Shown one piece after another: positions 17,830 to 26,311 of a stretch of 32,919 nucleotides of DNA. A program made the position numbers and the translations under genes. Source of the DNA: a virus (taxonomy: Duplodnaviria; Heunggongvirae; Uroviricota; Caudoviricetes); IMG/VR virus record IMGVR_UViG_2690316321_000007; one strand, written 5' to 3'. Every line of letters begins with the position of its first letter. The stretch's first letter is position 1. The notes beneath the pieces are model-generated. The model was not told the DNA's origin, searched no databases, and was given only the letters and a program-made list of their open reading frames with translations.

Positions 17830-18327
17830 TTAAGCCGGTACGCCGCCAGCGGTACGCCAGACGGTGGCCAGTTTTTCCAGTGAATGCTCACGCTGACCGT
17901 AACCGGCACCCGGCAGGGACGCCCAGATATTGCGACAGCGTGAAATGGCGCGCTCAATGCGTCCCGCCCGGATGTCATCCAGTGCACCGCGTTCGCGGAT
18001 CAACTGAATGGTGAGTCTGTCCTGCGACAACGAACTGAAATCCGGCAGGGCAAGCTGTTTGCGGTAGTGCGGCCAGAACAGGTAAAGCTGCTGATAGCGA
18101 CCGGAGGCAGTGGATTTTTCACCGCGACGGTTAAACACCTTCGCCGGTCGGCCATGCGCGAACGGGTGGTCACTGTAGTCGGTGAAAATTTCCGGCTTTC
18201 CGTCCAGTCCGGTGACTATCACGTCATAGCCCCGGTTTTTCGTCAGCGGATGATTCGCCGTCCCTTCGGACACGGCCAGCATGTCGAGAAAGGCGGCGAT
18301 ATTCTGATGCGTGTTAATTACCGGCAT
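17830..18327 (-). CDS. K: Endolysin K (165 aa)
   Basis: Length and position match P2 gpK. Confidence 0.85.
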   Translation of the reverse strand: MPVINTHQNIAAFLDMLAVSEGTANHPLTKNRGYDVIVTGLDGKPEIFTDYSDHPFAHGRPAKVFNRRGEKSTASGRYQQLYLFWPHYRKQLALPDFSSLSQDRLTIQLIRERGALDDIRAGRIERAISRCRNIWASLPGAGYGQREHSLEKLATVWRTAGGVPA

Positions 18328-18608
18328 TACGGTTTCCCCCTGCCCTTAAAGCGGCGCTGAATGGCAATCTCAATCACCTGATAACCGGCGATACCCAGCA
18401 TGGAGCCGATGCCGCACACCGCAGGCAGTGACAGGTCAGGAAACTGCACCAGAACAACACCGGCAACCATCGAGACAAAACCACCGAGCAACATGCGCCC
18501 GATAAACAGACGCGGGGTGATGGGTTCACCACCGGCAAGCACCTTGCCGACAACAATCAGCACCCCAATCATGAAAAGCGACAGGACGCTTTTTTCTTCT
18601 GCTGTCAT
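18327..18608 (-). CDS. Y: Holin Y (93 aa)
   Basis: Small protein with hydrophobic segments; length and position match P2 gpY. Confidence 0.85.
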   Translation of the reverse strand: MTAEEKSVLSLFMIGVLIVVGKVLAGGEPITPRLFIGRMLLGGFVSMVAGVVLVQFPDLSLPAVCGIGSMLGIAGYQVIEIAIQRRFKGRGKP

Positions 18609-18611
18609 GCG

Positions 18612-18815
18612 TTACTCCCACAGATTGACAGTTTCAGCCACGGGCGCGGTCTGAACGTCGGGCAGTTCGACGGCGGTGCCGTGCGGCAGCACCGCACCCA
18701 GTTCAGCCAGTCCCGGATTTGCGGCGAGCACGGCTTCAACCACGCCCTCAGTGCGCCCGTAATACCGGACACAAATGGCGTCGAGCGTGTCGCCCTGTAG
18801 CGCAAAGGTCTTCAT
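18612..18815 (-). CDS. X: Tail protein X (67 aa)
   Basis: Conserved MKTFALQGDTLDAICVRYYG start; six-frame ORF trimmed; start overlaps the L stop. Confidence 0.8.
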   Translation of the reverse strand: MKTFALQGDTLDAICVRYYGRTEGVVEAVLAANPGLAELGAVLPHGTAVELPDVQTAPVAETVNLWE

Positions 18816-19324
18816 CAGATTTGACTCACGATGCAACGCGGCTTGTCCTGGATGCGCGCCACTGCCCAGCGCATATCCCGCCACAGTTCATCAATGGTGC
18901 TGTCAATGCTGTCAGCCTTCTTGTCGCCTTTCGCACTGGCATCCACGCCGCGATAACGCTCATAAAGCGACGCGGTCGCCATCGCACACACGGCGCGCTC
19001 GTAGTAAAAAACTTTGATGCTTTCACCGTCGATGTCGTCCGCCGGGACGTCCGCCAGACGCGTAAAACCGGCGGCAATTTTCTGTTCGCGGTACTCGTAC
19101 AGATCCGCATTTGTTTCCGCCATACCTGACTTGATGGCCTCACGCAGACGGGCGGGGGCGACGGTCTGCTCAAGGCGCATACGTTCCCGGACGCGCTTCG
19201 GGTCGATATCGGGAAAAAAGAACGTGTTTTTAATCACCGGCTCGTCGCCTGCCGGTTGCGGGATGACCACCGTACCCTCACCGGACACGGGAGCCTCCTT
19301 TCGCGGAATAATCAGCGTCATCAT
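18815..19324 (-). CDS. L: Capsid completion protein L (169 aa)
   Basis: Conserved MMTLIIPRKEAP start; six-frame ORF trimmed by 20 codons. Confidence 0.8.
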   Translation of the reverse strand: MMTLIIPRKEAPVSGEGTVVIPQPAGDEPVIKNTFFFPDIDPKRVRERMRLEQTVAPARLREAIKSGMAETNADLYEYREQKIAAGFTRLADVPADDIDGESIKVFYYERAVCAMATASLYERYRGVDASAKGDKKADSIDSTIDELWRDMRWAVARIQDKPRCIVSQI

Positions 19325-19423
19325 GACTACCTCTGAAAAGTCGGGCGGTGGACGCCGGTGCAGTGTCAGGTGATTCACCCTCACTGACCGGCGTGCCGCC
19401 CTGGCGCGGGGCGCATTCGGTTG

Positions 19424-20167
19424 TTAACTGGCTTTCTTTTTCGGGCGTCCACGTTTTGCCGGTGTCGCACTCCGGGTCTTACGCGTGGCACGGGTGGCCG
19501 CTTTGGGTTGCGGCTCCGGCTTCGGTTTCAGCTCCCGCTCCAGTCGTTCAATCTCTTTTTTGACGCCTGCCTGACAGTCGAGCTGTGTCGCACGTTGCAG
19601 GTGCGCCAGCGCACCGGCGGCATCACCAGCGTCACGCAGAAACAGACCGGTGATTTTGTGCAGCTTTGCGCGCACTTCATCAGGCATGTCTGCCGTGGCG
19701 GTCAGTTCAAGGGTCTCCGTCAGCAGGCGGGGAGCCACAGACTCACCGGCAGCGTGGGCGCGCATGGCCGCGAGCGCGACCTCCTCGGTGAACATGTACG
19801 GCGGGGTGCGGCGGTGTTTACCCGGCATGGTCAGACCGTACTTCAGGGCATAACGGGCAATCTCCAGCGCACCGGCAATATCGCCGGTATCCAGACGCCA
19901 CAGCATGACCGTCATCAGAATGTCATCCTGTGCACCTTTTCCCTGCTCCAGCACGCCGTTCACCCACGGCAACCAGAACGGCAGCAGTTCGCGTTTTTTC
20001 GCGGCCTTCAGCTCTTTTGAATAAATTGCTTTCAGTGTGCGCTGGTCTGCGGCCAGCTTGACCAGCATCTGCTCATAGACAGTTGCATGTCGCAGCGGGG
20101 CGGCTTCCCGCTGCGCGGTCATCGCAGCCGAGACCCGCATCATGTGGCGCTGTGCGGGACTCGTCAT
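19424..20167 (-). CDS. M: Terminase small (endonuclease) subunit M (247 aa)
   Basis: Length and position match P2 gpM. Confidence 0.85.
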   Translation of the reverse strand: MTSPAQRHMMRVSAAMTAQREAAPLRHATVYEQMLVKLAADQRTLKAIYSKELKAAKKRELLPFWLPWVNGVLEQGKGAQDDILMTVMLWRLDTGDIAGALEIARYALKYGLTMPGKHRRTPPYMFTEEVALAAMRAHAAGESVAPRLLTETLELTATADMPDEVRAKLHKITGLFLRDAGDAAGALAHLQRATQLDCQAGVKKEIERLERELKPKPEPQPKAATRATRKTRSATPAKRGRPKKKAS

Positions 20168-20170
20168 CGG

Positions 20171-21243
20171 TTACGCTCCCGGCTCTGCGGTCGCCTTAGC
20201 CGGTGTGGAGAAATCACCGACCTTAATTTTTTCCACCAGACAACCGGCGGCGTAGTCTTCCACCACGTAATCAATGTTCATTGACTCGTAGTTCTCCACG
20301 CGGTCGAGTTTCGGGTTTTCCTCAATCACGCGGCGATGGCTGTCATCCATGTAGTAGATGGACAGGTTTTCCAGCTTCGTGATGAGCATCGCATCCGCCG
20401 GGAAGTACGGGACGCGTACCGCCGGCAGGTTACCGATGCGTTTCTGGCTGATGATGACGTCAGCGGCCAGCATCTCGCTGTTGTCCTGCTCCCTGTTGAC
20501 GATGGGGAAATACTTGTCCGCCAGTAGCTGGCGACCCACAATCACCACAAGGTCAGGGTCTTCCTGATACCACGGTTCAATCAGGTTGTTGGTCGCATCC
20601 ATCACCAGTGCATCAAGGCTGGCATAATCACCGCCCTTACCCACGCGGATAACCTCAGAGGTCGTGCGGCCTTCCTCGTCAGTGACCTTGCTCATCACGC
20701 GCGCCGGGGCTTCATTGCGGTATTTCTGCAGCCAGCCGACCGCCACATCCTGCAGCATCGGGTTACTGCTGCGGTCAGAGGTTTCGGCACGCTTCACGCC
20801 GTTAAAACCGGCCATGATGAAATCAAGGGACTGGCGTTTGATAATGGCGTTACGGACACGGAGCTGGAAATCCTGATAACGCGCCCACAGGTCCAGCGTT
20901 TTGTCGCGGATATAAAAATCGAAGTTAATCTGGTCGCATTCGTACTTGTTTGACGCCAGCTTCGAGAAGTCCTTCGGCTGACGCTCGGTGCCACCGGCGG
21001 TGTCGGTGGTGCTGGCGATGGAGCCGGTGACACCGATGCCAATTTTTTCCCTTTCATTTCGCTGACCGGCACAATGTTGATGCGGGTCAGAAAGTCAGAG
21101 GACTCCTGCATGGTGTTCATCAGGGTCTGGGTGACCGACGGTTCAACGGTGAATTTTTTCGACACATCACCGGCGTCGATGCCGTTCAGTTCGGCAACAC
21201 GGGACAGGTAAGCATTAAATTTAAAGCGGGTTTCCTGGCGCAT
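20171..21243 (-). pseudogene. N: Major capsid protein N, disrupted by a 1-bp frameshift in a homopolymer near 21046..21052
   Basis: Span is 1073 nt (1074 expected for 357 aa). The N-terminal 65 codons read in one frame to SEMKG, then the conserved continuation EKIGIGVTGSIASTTD... is in the -1 frame and stays open to the stop at 20171; the junction is GGG-AAAAAA on the coding strand. Confidence 0.8.
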
Positions 21244-21301
21244 AGTTTTTCCTGAAATTAAGGGTTAATCGTGAAGGTTTTCCCGGACTGACTGACGCCG
21301 G

Positions 21302-22156
21302 TCAGCAGTTCGTCAGCAGGGCATCACCGCCACCGCCGGTGGCTTTACTGCGGCGCTGCTGGGTCAGACTTTCGGTGTGGTCGAGACTGTTTTTCAGGCG
21401 GGTGAATGCCTGGCTGGTTTCATCCGCCCTGTCAGTCACCTCCTGCTTAAGAGTGGAAAAGGCAGTTTCCATCTCAGCGAGGCGCTGCTCAGTGGCACTC
21501 AGTTTTTCCTGCACATGTTCAGCAACAGCGGTCACCGCTTCATGCACGTCATTCAGACGGGCGTCATCGCTGGCCTGTTTGCGGCCAAAAATGGATTTCA
21601 CCTTTTCGGTCAGGGCGGTGAACACGGTTTCAGGCAGGTCTTCAAATTCCAGCTCAACGGGCGTTGCCACTGAAATCAGGTTTTCAGGGCTTAATTTGAA
21701 GCGGTTCAGGGGGTTGTGTTTTGCCGTGCGGCAGAATTCCAGGTATTCCGTGCCGAGGCTTGCCGGGTCATCGGTGACGGCCAGCCCCACCAGATAACAT
21801 TTGCCGGTGTTGGCAAAGTTCGGCTGAATTTCCATTGAGGTGTAGACCTTCTGCGCGGCCTTGTTCATCGCGATAAGGTCATCTGTCGGGGTGATTTTCG
21901 CAAACAGCGCCCATTTGCCTTTCAGCGCCGAATCATCGTCAATCTTTTCGGCCTTCAGTTCGGCCACATCGCCATAACGTTTAAAAATACCGTCAGGCAG
22001 GATGCCGCGCAGATGTTCCAGGTTAATACGGCAACCATAGACACGCGGGTCAAAGGTTTCGGCCATTTCCTGAATATCCTGCGCACTGATGACACGCCCG
22101 TCACAGGTGTCACCCTCAACGCCGATACGAAAGAATTTTGAGACTTTTTTTGCCAT
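21302..22156 (-). CDS. O: Capsid scaffolding protein O (284 aa)
   Basis: Conserved MAKKVSKFFRIGVEGD start; six-frame ORF trimmed by 22 codons. Confidence 0.85.
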   Translation of the reverse strand: MAKKVSKFFRIGVEGDTCDGRVISAQDIQEMAETFDPRVYGCRINLEHLRGILPDGIFKRYGDVAELKAEKIDDDSALKGKWALFAKITPTDDLIAMNKAAQKVYTSMEIQPNFANTGKCYLVGLAVTDDPASLGTEYLEFCRTAKHNPLNRFKLSPENLISVATPVELEFEDLPETVFTALTEKVKSIFGRKQASDDARLNDVHEAVTAVAEHVQEKLSATEQRLAEMETAFSTLKQEVTDRADETSQAFTRLKNSLDHTESLTQQRRSKATGGGGDALLTNC

Positions 22157-22329
22157 TGTCAGGAGTCCTGAATAGTGATTAGAGGAGTCACATGTCGGCA
22201 TCAGTTTCCCGACGATGCGCATCCTCCGCCATCAGTCCCGGATGGCTTATCACTGACACAACAGCACCTTAGCGAATCGCGGGGCGCGACTCAGTAGCCT
22301 TGCCGTGTATTCATCACGGCGAGGTATTC
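22157..22329. promoter_or_regulatory. Divergent late promoter region between O and P (expected Ogr-dependent)
   Basis: 173-bp intergenic region between divergently transcribed late operons; individual promoter elements not mapped. Confidence 0.4.
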
Positions 22330-24102
22330 ATGACCATCACCACAGACACCACTCTTTTACACGACCCGCGTCGTCAGGCGGCGCTGCTGTACTGGCAGGG
22401 GTTTTCCGTGCCGCAGATTGCCGCCATGTTGCAGATGAAACGCCCGACGGTGCAGAGCTGGAAACAGCGCGACGGCTGGGACAGCGTTGCCCCCATCAGC
22501 CGTGTCGAAATGAGTCTGGAAGCGCGGCTGACCCAGCTCATCATCAAACCGCAGAAAACCGGCGGTGACTTCAAGGAAATTGACCTGCTCGGACGCCAGA
22601 TTGAACGACTGGCACGGGTAAACCGCTACAGTCAGACCGGCAACGAGGCAGACCTTAATCCGAACGTCGCTAACCGCAACAAAGGCGGGCGTCGCAAACC
22701 GAAAAAGAATTTTTTCAGTGACGAGGCCATCGAAAAGCTGGAGCAGATTTTCTTTGAGCAGTCTTTCGACTATCAGTTGCACTGGTATCGCGCCGGGCTT
22801 GAGCACCGCATCCGCGATATCCTGAAATCCCGCCAGATTGGCGCGACGTTTTATTTTTCCCGCGAGGCGCTGCTGCGTGCCCTGAAAACCGGTCATAACC
22901 AGATTTTTCTGTCGGCCAGTAAAACGCAGGCGTATGTATTCCGCGAATACATCATCGCCTTTGCCCGGCTGGTTGACGTTGACCTGACCGGTGACCCGAT
23001 TGTCCTGGGCAATAACGGCGCAAAACTGATTTTTCTCGGCACCAACTCCAACACCGCGCAGAGCCATAACGGCGACCTGTACGTCGACGAGATTTTCTGG
23101 ATCCCGAATTTTCAGGTACTGCGTAAGGTGGCATCAGGTATGGCCTCACAGAGTCACCTGCGCTCGACCTATTTCTCCACCCCGTCCACGCTGGCGCACG
23201 ACGCCTACCCGTTCTGGTCGGGTGAACTGTTTAACCGGGGACGCGCCAGCGCCGCCGAACGCGTGGAAATCGACGTCAGTCATAACGCACTTGCCGGAGG
23301 TCTTCTCTGTGCGGACGGCCAGTGGCGGCAGATTGTCACCATTGAGGACGCCCTGAAAGGTGGCTGCACACTGTTCGACATTGAGCAGCTCAAACACGAA
23401 AACAGCGCCGACGATTTTAAAAACCTGTTCATGTGTGAATTTGTTGACGACAAGGCATCGGTGTTCCCGTTCGAGGAGCTGCAACGCTGCATGGTCGACA
23501 CGCTGGAAGAATGGGAAGACTATGCGCCGTTTGCCGCCAATCCGTTCGGCTCCCGCCCGGTATGGATTGGTTACGACCCGTCACACCGTGGCGACAGCGC
23601 CGGATGCGTGGTGCTGGCACCGCCGGTGGTGGCCGGTGGCAAATTCAGGATACTTGAGCGTCACCAGTGGAAAGGCATGGACTTTGCCACCCAGGCTGAA
23701 TCCATCCGCAAACTCACCGAAAAATATAACGTCGAATACATCGGTATTGATGCCACCGGCCTCGGTGTCGGCGTGTTCCAGCTCGTGCGCTCGTTCTATC
23801 CCGCCGCGCGCGATATCCGCTACACACCGGAAATGAAAACCGCAATGGTGCTCAAGGCAAAAGACGTTATCCGTCGTGGCTGTCTGGAATATGACGTCAG
23901 CGCCACCGACATCACCAGCTCGTTTATGGCTATCCGCAAGACCATGACCAGCAGCGGACGCAGCGCCACCTATGAGGCCAGCCGCAGCGAGGAAGCCAGC
24001 CACGCCGACCTCGCCTGGGCGACCATGCACGCCCTGTTAAATGAGCCACTCACCGCCGGTATCAGCACCCCGCTGACATCCACCATTCTGGAGTTTTACT
24101 GA
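22330..24102 (+). CDS. P: Terminase large (ATPase) subunit P (590 aa)
   Basis: Conserved MTITTDTTLLHDPRRQAALLYWQGF start; six-frame ORF trimmed by 10 codons. Confidence 0.85.
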   Translation: MTITTDTTLLHDPRRQAALLYWQGFSVPQIAAMLQMKRPTVQSWKQRDGWDSVAPISRVEMSLEARLTQLIIKPQKTGGDFKEIDLLGRQIERLARVNRYSQTGNEADLNPNVANRNKGGRRKPKKNFFSDEAIEKLEQIFFEQSFDYQLHWYRAGLEHRIRDILKSRQIGATFYFSREALLRALKTGHNQIFLSASKTQAYVFREYIIAFARLVDVDLTGDPIVLGNNGAKLIFLGTNSNTAQSHNGDLYVDEIFWIPNFQVLRKVASGMASQSHLRSTYFSTPSTLAHDAYPFWSGELFNRGRASAAERVEIDVSHNALAGGLLCADGQWRQIVTIEDALKGGCTLFDIEQLKHENSADDFKNLFMCEFVDDKASVFPFEELQRCMVDTLEEWEDYAPFAANPFGSRPVWIGYDPSHRGDSAGCVVLAPPVVAGGKFRILERHQWKGMDFATQAESIRKLTEKYNVEYIGIDATGLGVGVFQLVRSFYPAARDIRYTPEMKTAMVLKAKDVIRRGCLEYDVSATDITSSFMAIRKTMTSSGRSATYEASRSEEASHADLAWATMHALLNEPLTAGISTPLTSTILEFY

Positions 24103-25136
24103 TGAGCAAGAAAAAAGGGAAAACACCGCAACCTGCGGCAAAAAAAATGACCGCCAGCGCCCCGAAAATGGAGGCATTCACCTTTGGTGAGCCGGTGCCG
24201 GTACTCGACCGCCGTGACATTCTGGATTACGTCGAGTGCATCAGTAACGGCAGATGGTATGAGCCGCCGGTCAGCTTTACCGGTCTGGCGAAAAGCCTGC
24301 GTGCTGCCGTGCATCACAGCTCGCCGATTTACGTCAAACGCAATATTCTGGCCTCGACATTTATCCCGCATCCGTGGCTTTCCCAGCAGGATTTCAGCCG
24401 CTTTGTGCTGGATTTTCTGGTGTTCGGTAATGCGTTTCTGGAAAAGCGTTACAGCACCACCGGTAAGGTCATCAGACTGGAAACCTCACCGGCAAAATAT
24501 ACCCGCCGTGGCGTGGAGGAGGATGTTTACTGGTGGGTGCCGTCCTTCAACGAGCCGACAGCCTTCACGCCCGGCTCCGTGTTTCACCTGCTGGAGCCGG
24601 ATATTAATCAGGAGCTGTACGGCCTGCCGGAATATCTCAGCGCCCTTAACTCTGCCTGGCTGAATGAGTCGGCCACGCTGTTCCGCCGCAAGTATTACGA
24701 AAATGGCACACATGCCGGATACATCATGTACGTCACCGATGCCGTGCAGGATCGCAACGATATCGAAATGCTTCGCGAAAACATGGTCAAGTCGAAAGGC
24801 CGCAACAACTTTAAAAACCTGTTTCTCTATGCCCCGCAGGGGAAAGCTGACGGCATTAAAATTATCCCGCTCAGTGAAGTGGCAACGAAGGACGATTTTT
24901 TTAATATCAAAAAAGCCAGCGCCGCTGACCTGCTGGACGCACACCGCATCCCCTTTCAGTTGATGGGCGGCAAGCCGGAGAACGTCGGGTCACTGGGAGA
25001 TATTGAGAAAGTGGCAAAGGTCTTTGTCCGCAATGAGCTTATCCCGTTACAGGACAGGATCCGCGAGATAAACGGCTGGCTCGGTCAGGAGGTCATCCGC
25101 TTTAAAAACTACTCACTGGACACTGACAACGACTGA
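24102..25136 (+). CDS. Q: Portal protein Q (344 aa)
   Basis: Length and position match P2 gpQ; start overlaps the P stop. Confidence 0.85.
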   Translation: MSKKKGKTPQPAAKKMTASAPKMEAFTFGEPVPVLDRRDILDYVECISNGRWYEPPVSFTGLAKSLRAAVHHSSPIYVKRNILASTFIPHPWLSQQDFSRFVLDFLVFGNAFLEKRYSTTGKVIRLETSPAKYTRRGVEEDVYWWVPSFNEPTAFTPGSVFHLLEPDINQELYGLPEYLSALNSAWLNESATLFRRKYYENGTHAGYIMYVTDAVQDRNDIEMLRENMVKSKGRNNFKNLFLYAPQGKADGIKIIPLSEVATKDDFFNIKKASAADLLDAHRIPFQLMGGKPENVGSLGDIEKVAKVFVRNELIPLQDRIREINGWLGQEVIRFKNYSLDTDND

Positions 25137-25141
25137 ACATC

Positions 25142-25163
25142 GCCGCCTGCGGGCGGCTTTTTT
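25142..25163 (+). terminator. Rho-independent terminator after Q
   Basis: GCCGCC-tgcg-GGCGGC stem-loop followed by T6. Confidence 0.7.
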
Positions 25164-25305
25164 ACACCCCGTCATCACCCCCTCACACGCTCACCACCGC
25201 ACAAAACACCCAGCAGACACACCAACGCCTCAACGGGCAGACTAAGCGCCGTCACGACGCGCTGAGACGCTGAAAAAATAAAATCAGCACCACCGCCAGC
25301 GCGCA

Positions 25306-25324
25306 GTGCTTTCCCCGCCTCGCC
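25306..25324. other. cos site: 19-nt cohesive-end sequence
   Basis: GTGCTTTCCCCGCCTCGCC is the reverse complement of GGCGAGGCGGGGAAAGCAC, the P2 cohesive end as I recall it; lies about 170 bp after Q, as expected for the Q-proximal genome end. Confidence 0.65.
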
Positions 25325-25895
25325 CGCCCGCTTCATGTGGCGGTTTTAATGCAGTTGCATAGATACTATGGATCCGCACCAGCTCTGACCGCGAGCAGCT
25401 GGAACGGGCATCCCCGACGCATGCAAAAACATTCACTTGTTGCATGCACGGCTTATTAAATGACAAATCAACTTAAGCGTCACCGCAGCTCCCACAAAAA
25501 AACGTAACACCATGATTTTAGTGATATTTATGACTTTTTCAATTGCTTATTTAAGTCCGCCATATTGAAACCGTGCATTTTTTAGCCACCAATAACTTTA
25601 AAAAATTTACATTGCTTTCAATACCTTATCATCCGTAGTCCCTGCTTTTTACTTTGAGCTATATCAAAAAAAGCTCAAACATCCTTGATGCAAAACCAGT
25701 ATTACACAACATAAAATGCAACCAGAAACAACGACATACTATATGTTGTGTTGTTCAGGCTCTCTGTTCGGTGATATGCCAGATCACTTTGCGTTTAAAC
25801 AGAGCATTATTTCAGGGCAAGACTTCGCTAAATAGTAACTCCGCCTCAGAAGCGCATATATCGGCGGAAATTGCCCTCTGCTTACAGGAGGAGAT

Positions 25896-26009
25896 ATGAA
25901 GAAGTGCTATTACTGCATTCTCGTTCTGGCCCTCTTTGGCTATCCATATGGTAGTCCAAGTGGTTTGTCAGTAAACGTCAGTAATATCCATGTAAGTATT
26001 ATTCTTTAG
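25896..26009 (+). CDS. Candidate small hydrophobic protein (37 aa, MKKCYYCILVLALFGYPYGS...)
   Basis: ATG 4-5 nt after a strong SD AGGAGG; ends 11 nt before a strong terminator; lies in the AT-rich region at the P2 old/tin position. Could equally be the N-terminal stub of a lost gene. Confidence 0.35.
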   Translation: MKKCYYCILVLALFGYPYGSPSGLSVNVSNIHVSIIL

Positions 26010-26020
26010 TATGCTTCAAA

Positions 26021-26051
26021 CAAAAAAACCACCTGCCAGGGTGGTTTTTTT
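26021..26051. terminator. Bidirectional Rho-independent terminator (A7-CCACCTG..CAGGGTGG-T8)
   Basis: GC-rich hairpin flanked by an A-run and a T-run; ends both the small ORF (plus) and the early operon ending with A (minus). Confidence 0.7.
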
Positions 26052-26311
26052 GCGCCTGTCATCATTCCGATGAAAGACTAGCAAGACTTCGCTCGAGATG
26101 AATTATGCTTCGACAAAAGGTCACTCGCAATGGTTTTATTAGCCGAAATAGATGCTCTTTTATGACTCGAATCAAATAGCTACCTTAAATTACATGCTAG
26201 CGATTCAATACAATTTAGCCTTCTACTTCAGCATGCTATTGCTCCTCATCTGCCTTAGAGGCGCTCCGCATAATCCATTCAAAGGCATATAAAATCACGC
26301 TGCATTTTTAC

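Noticed and set aside
17415-17987. 190-aa minus-strand ORF overlapping lysA and K in another frame
   Set aside because: Alternative frame across two well-supported lysis genes; Arg/Gly/Ala-rich artefact translation.
22357-23067. 236-aa minus-strand ORF inside terminase gene P
   Set aside because: Antisense to the conserved terminase large subunit.
25654-25899. 81-aa ORF with TTG start in the Q-A intergenic region
   Set aside because: No ribosome-binding site, non-ATG start, Cys- and Asn-rich odd composition; more likely non-coding AT-rich DNA. The downstream 37-aa ORF with a strong SD is the better candidate.
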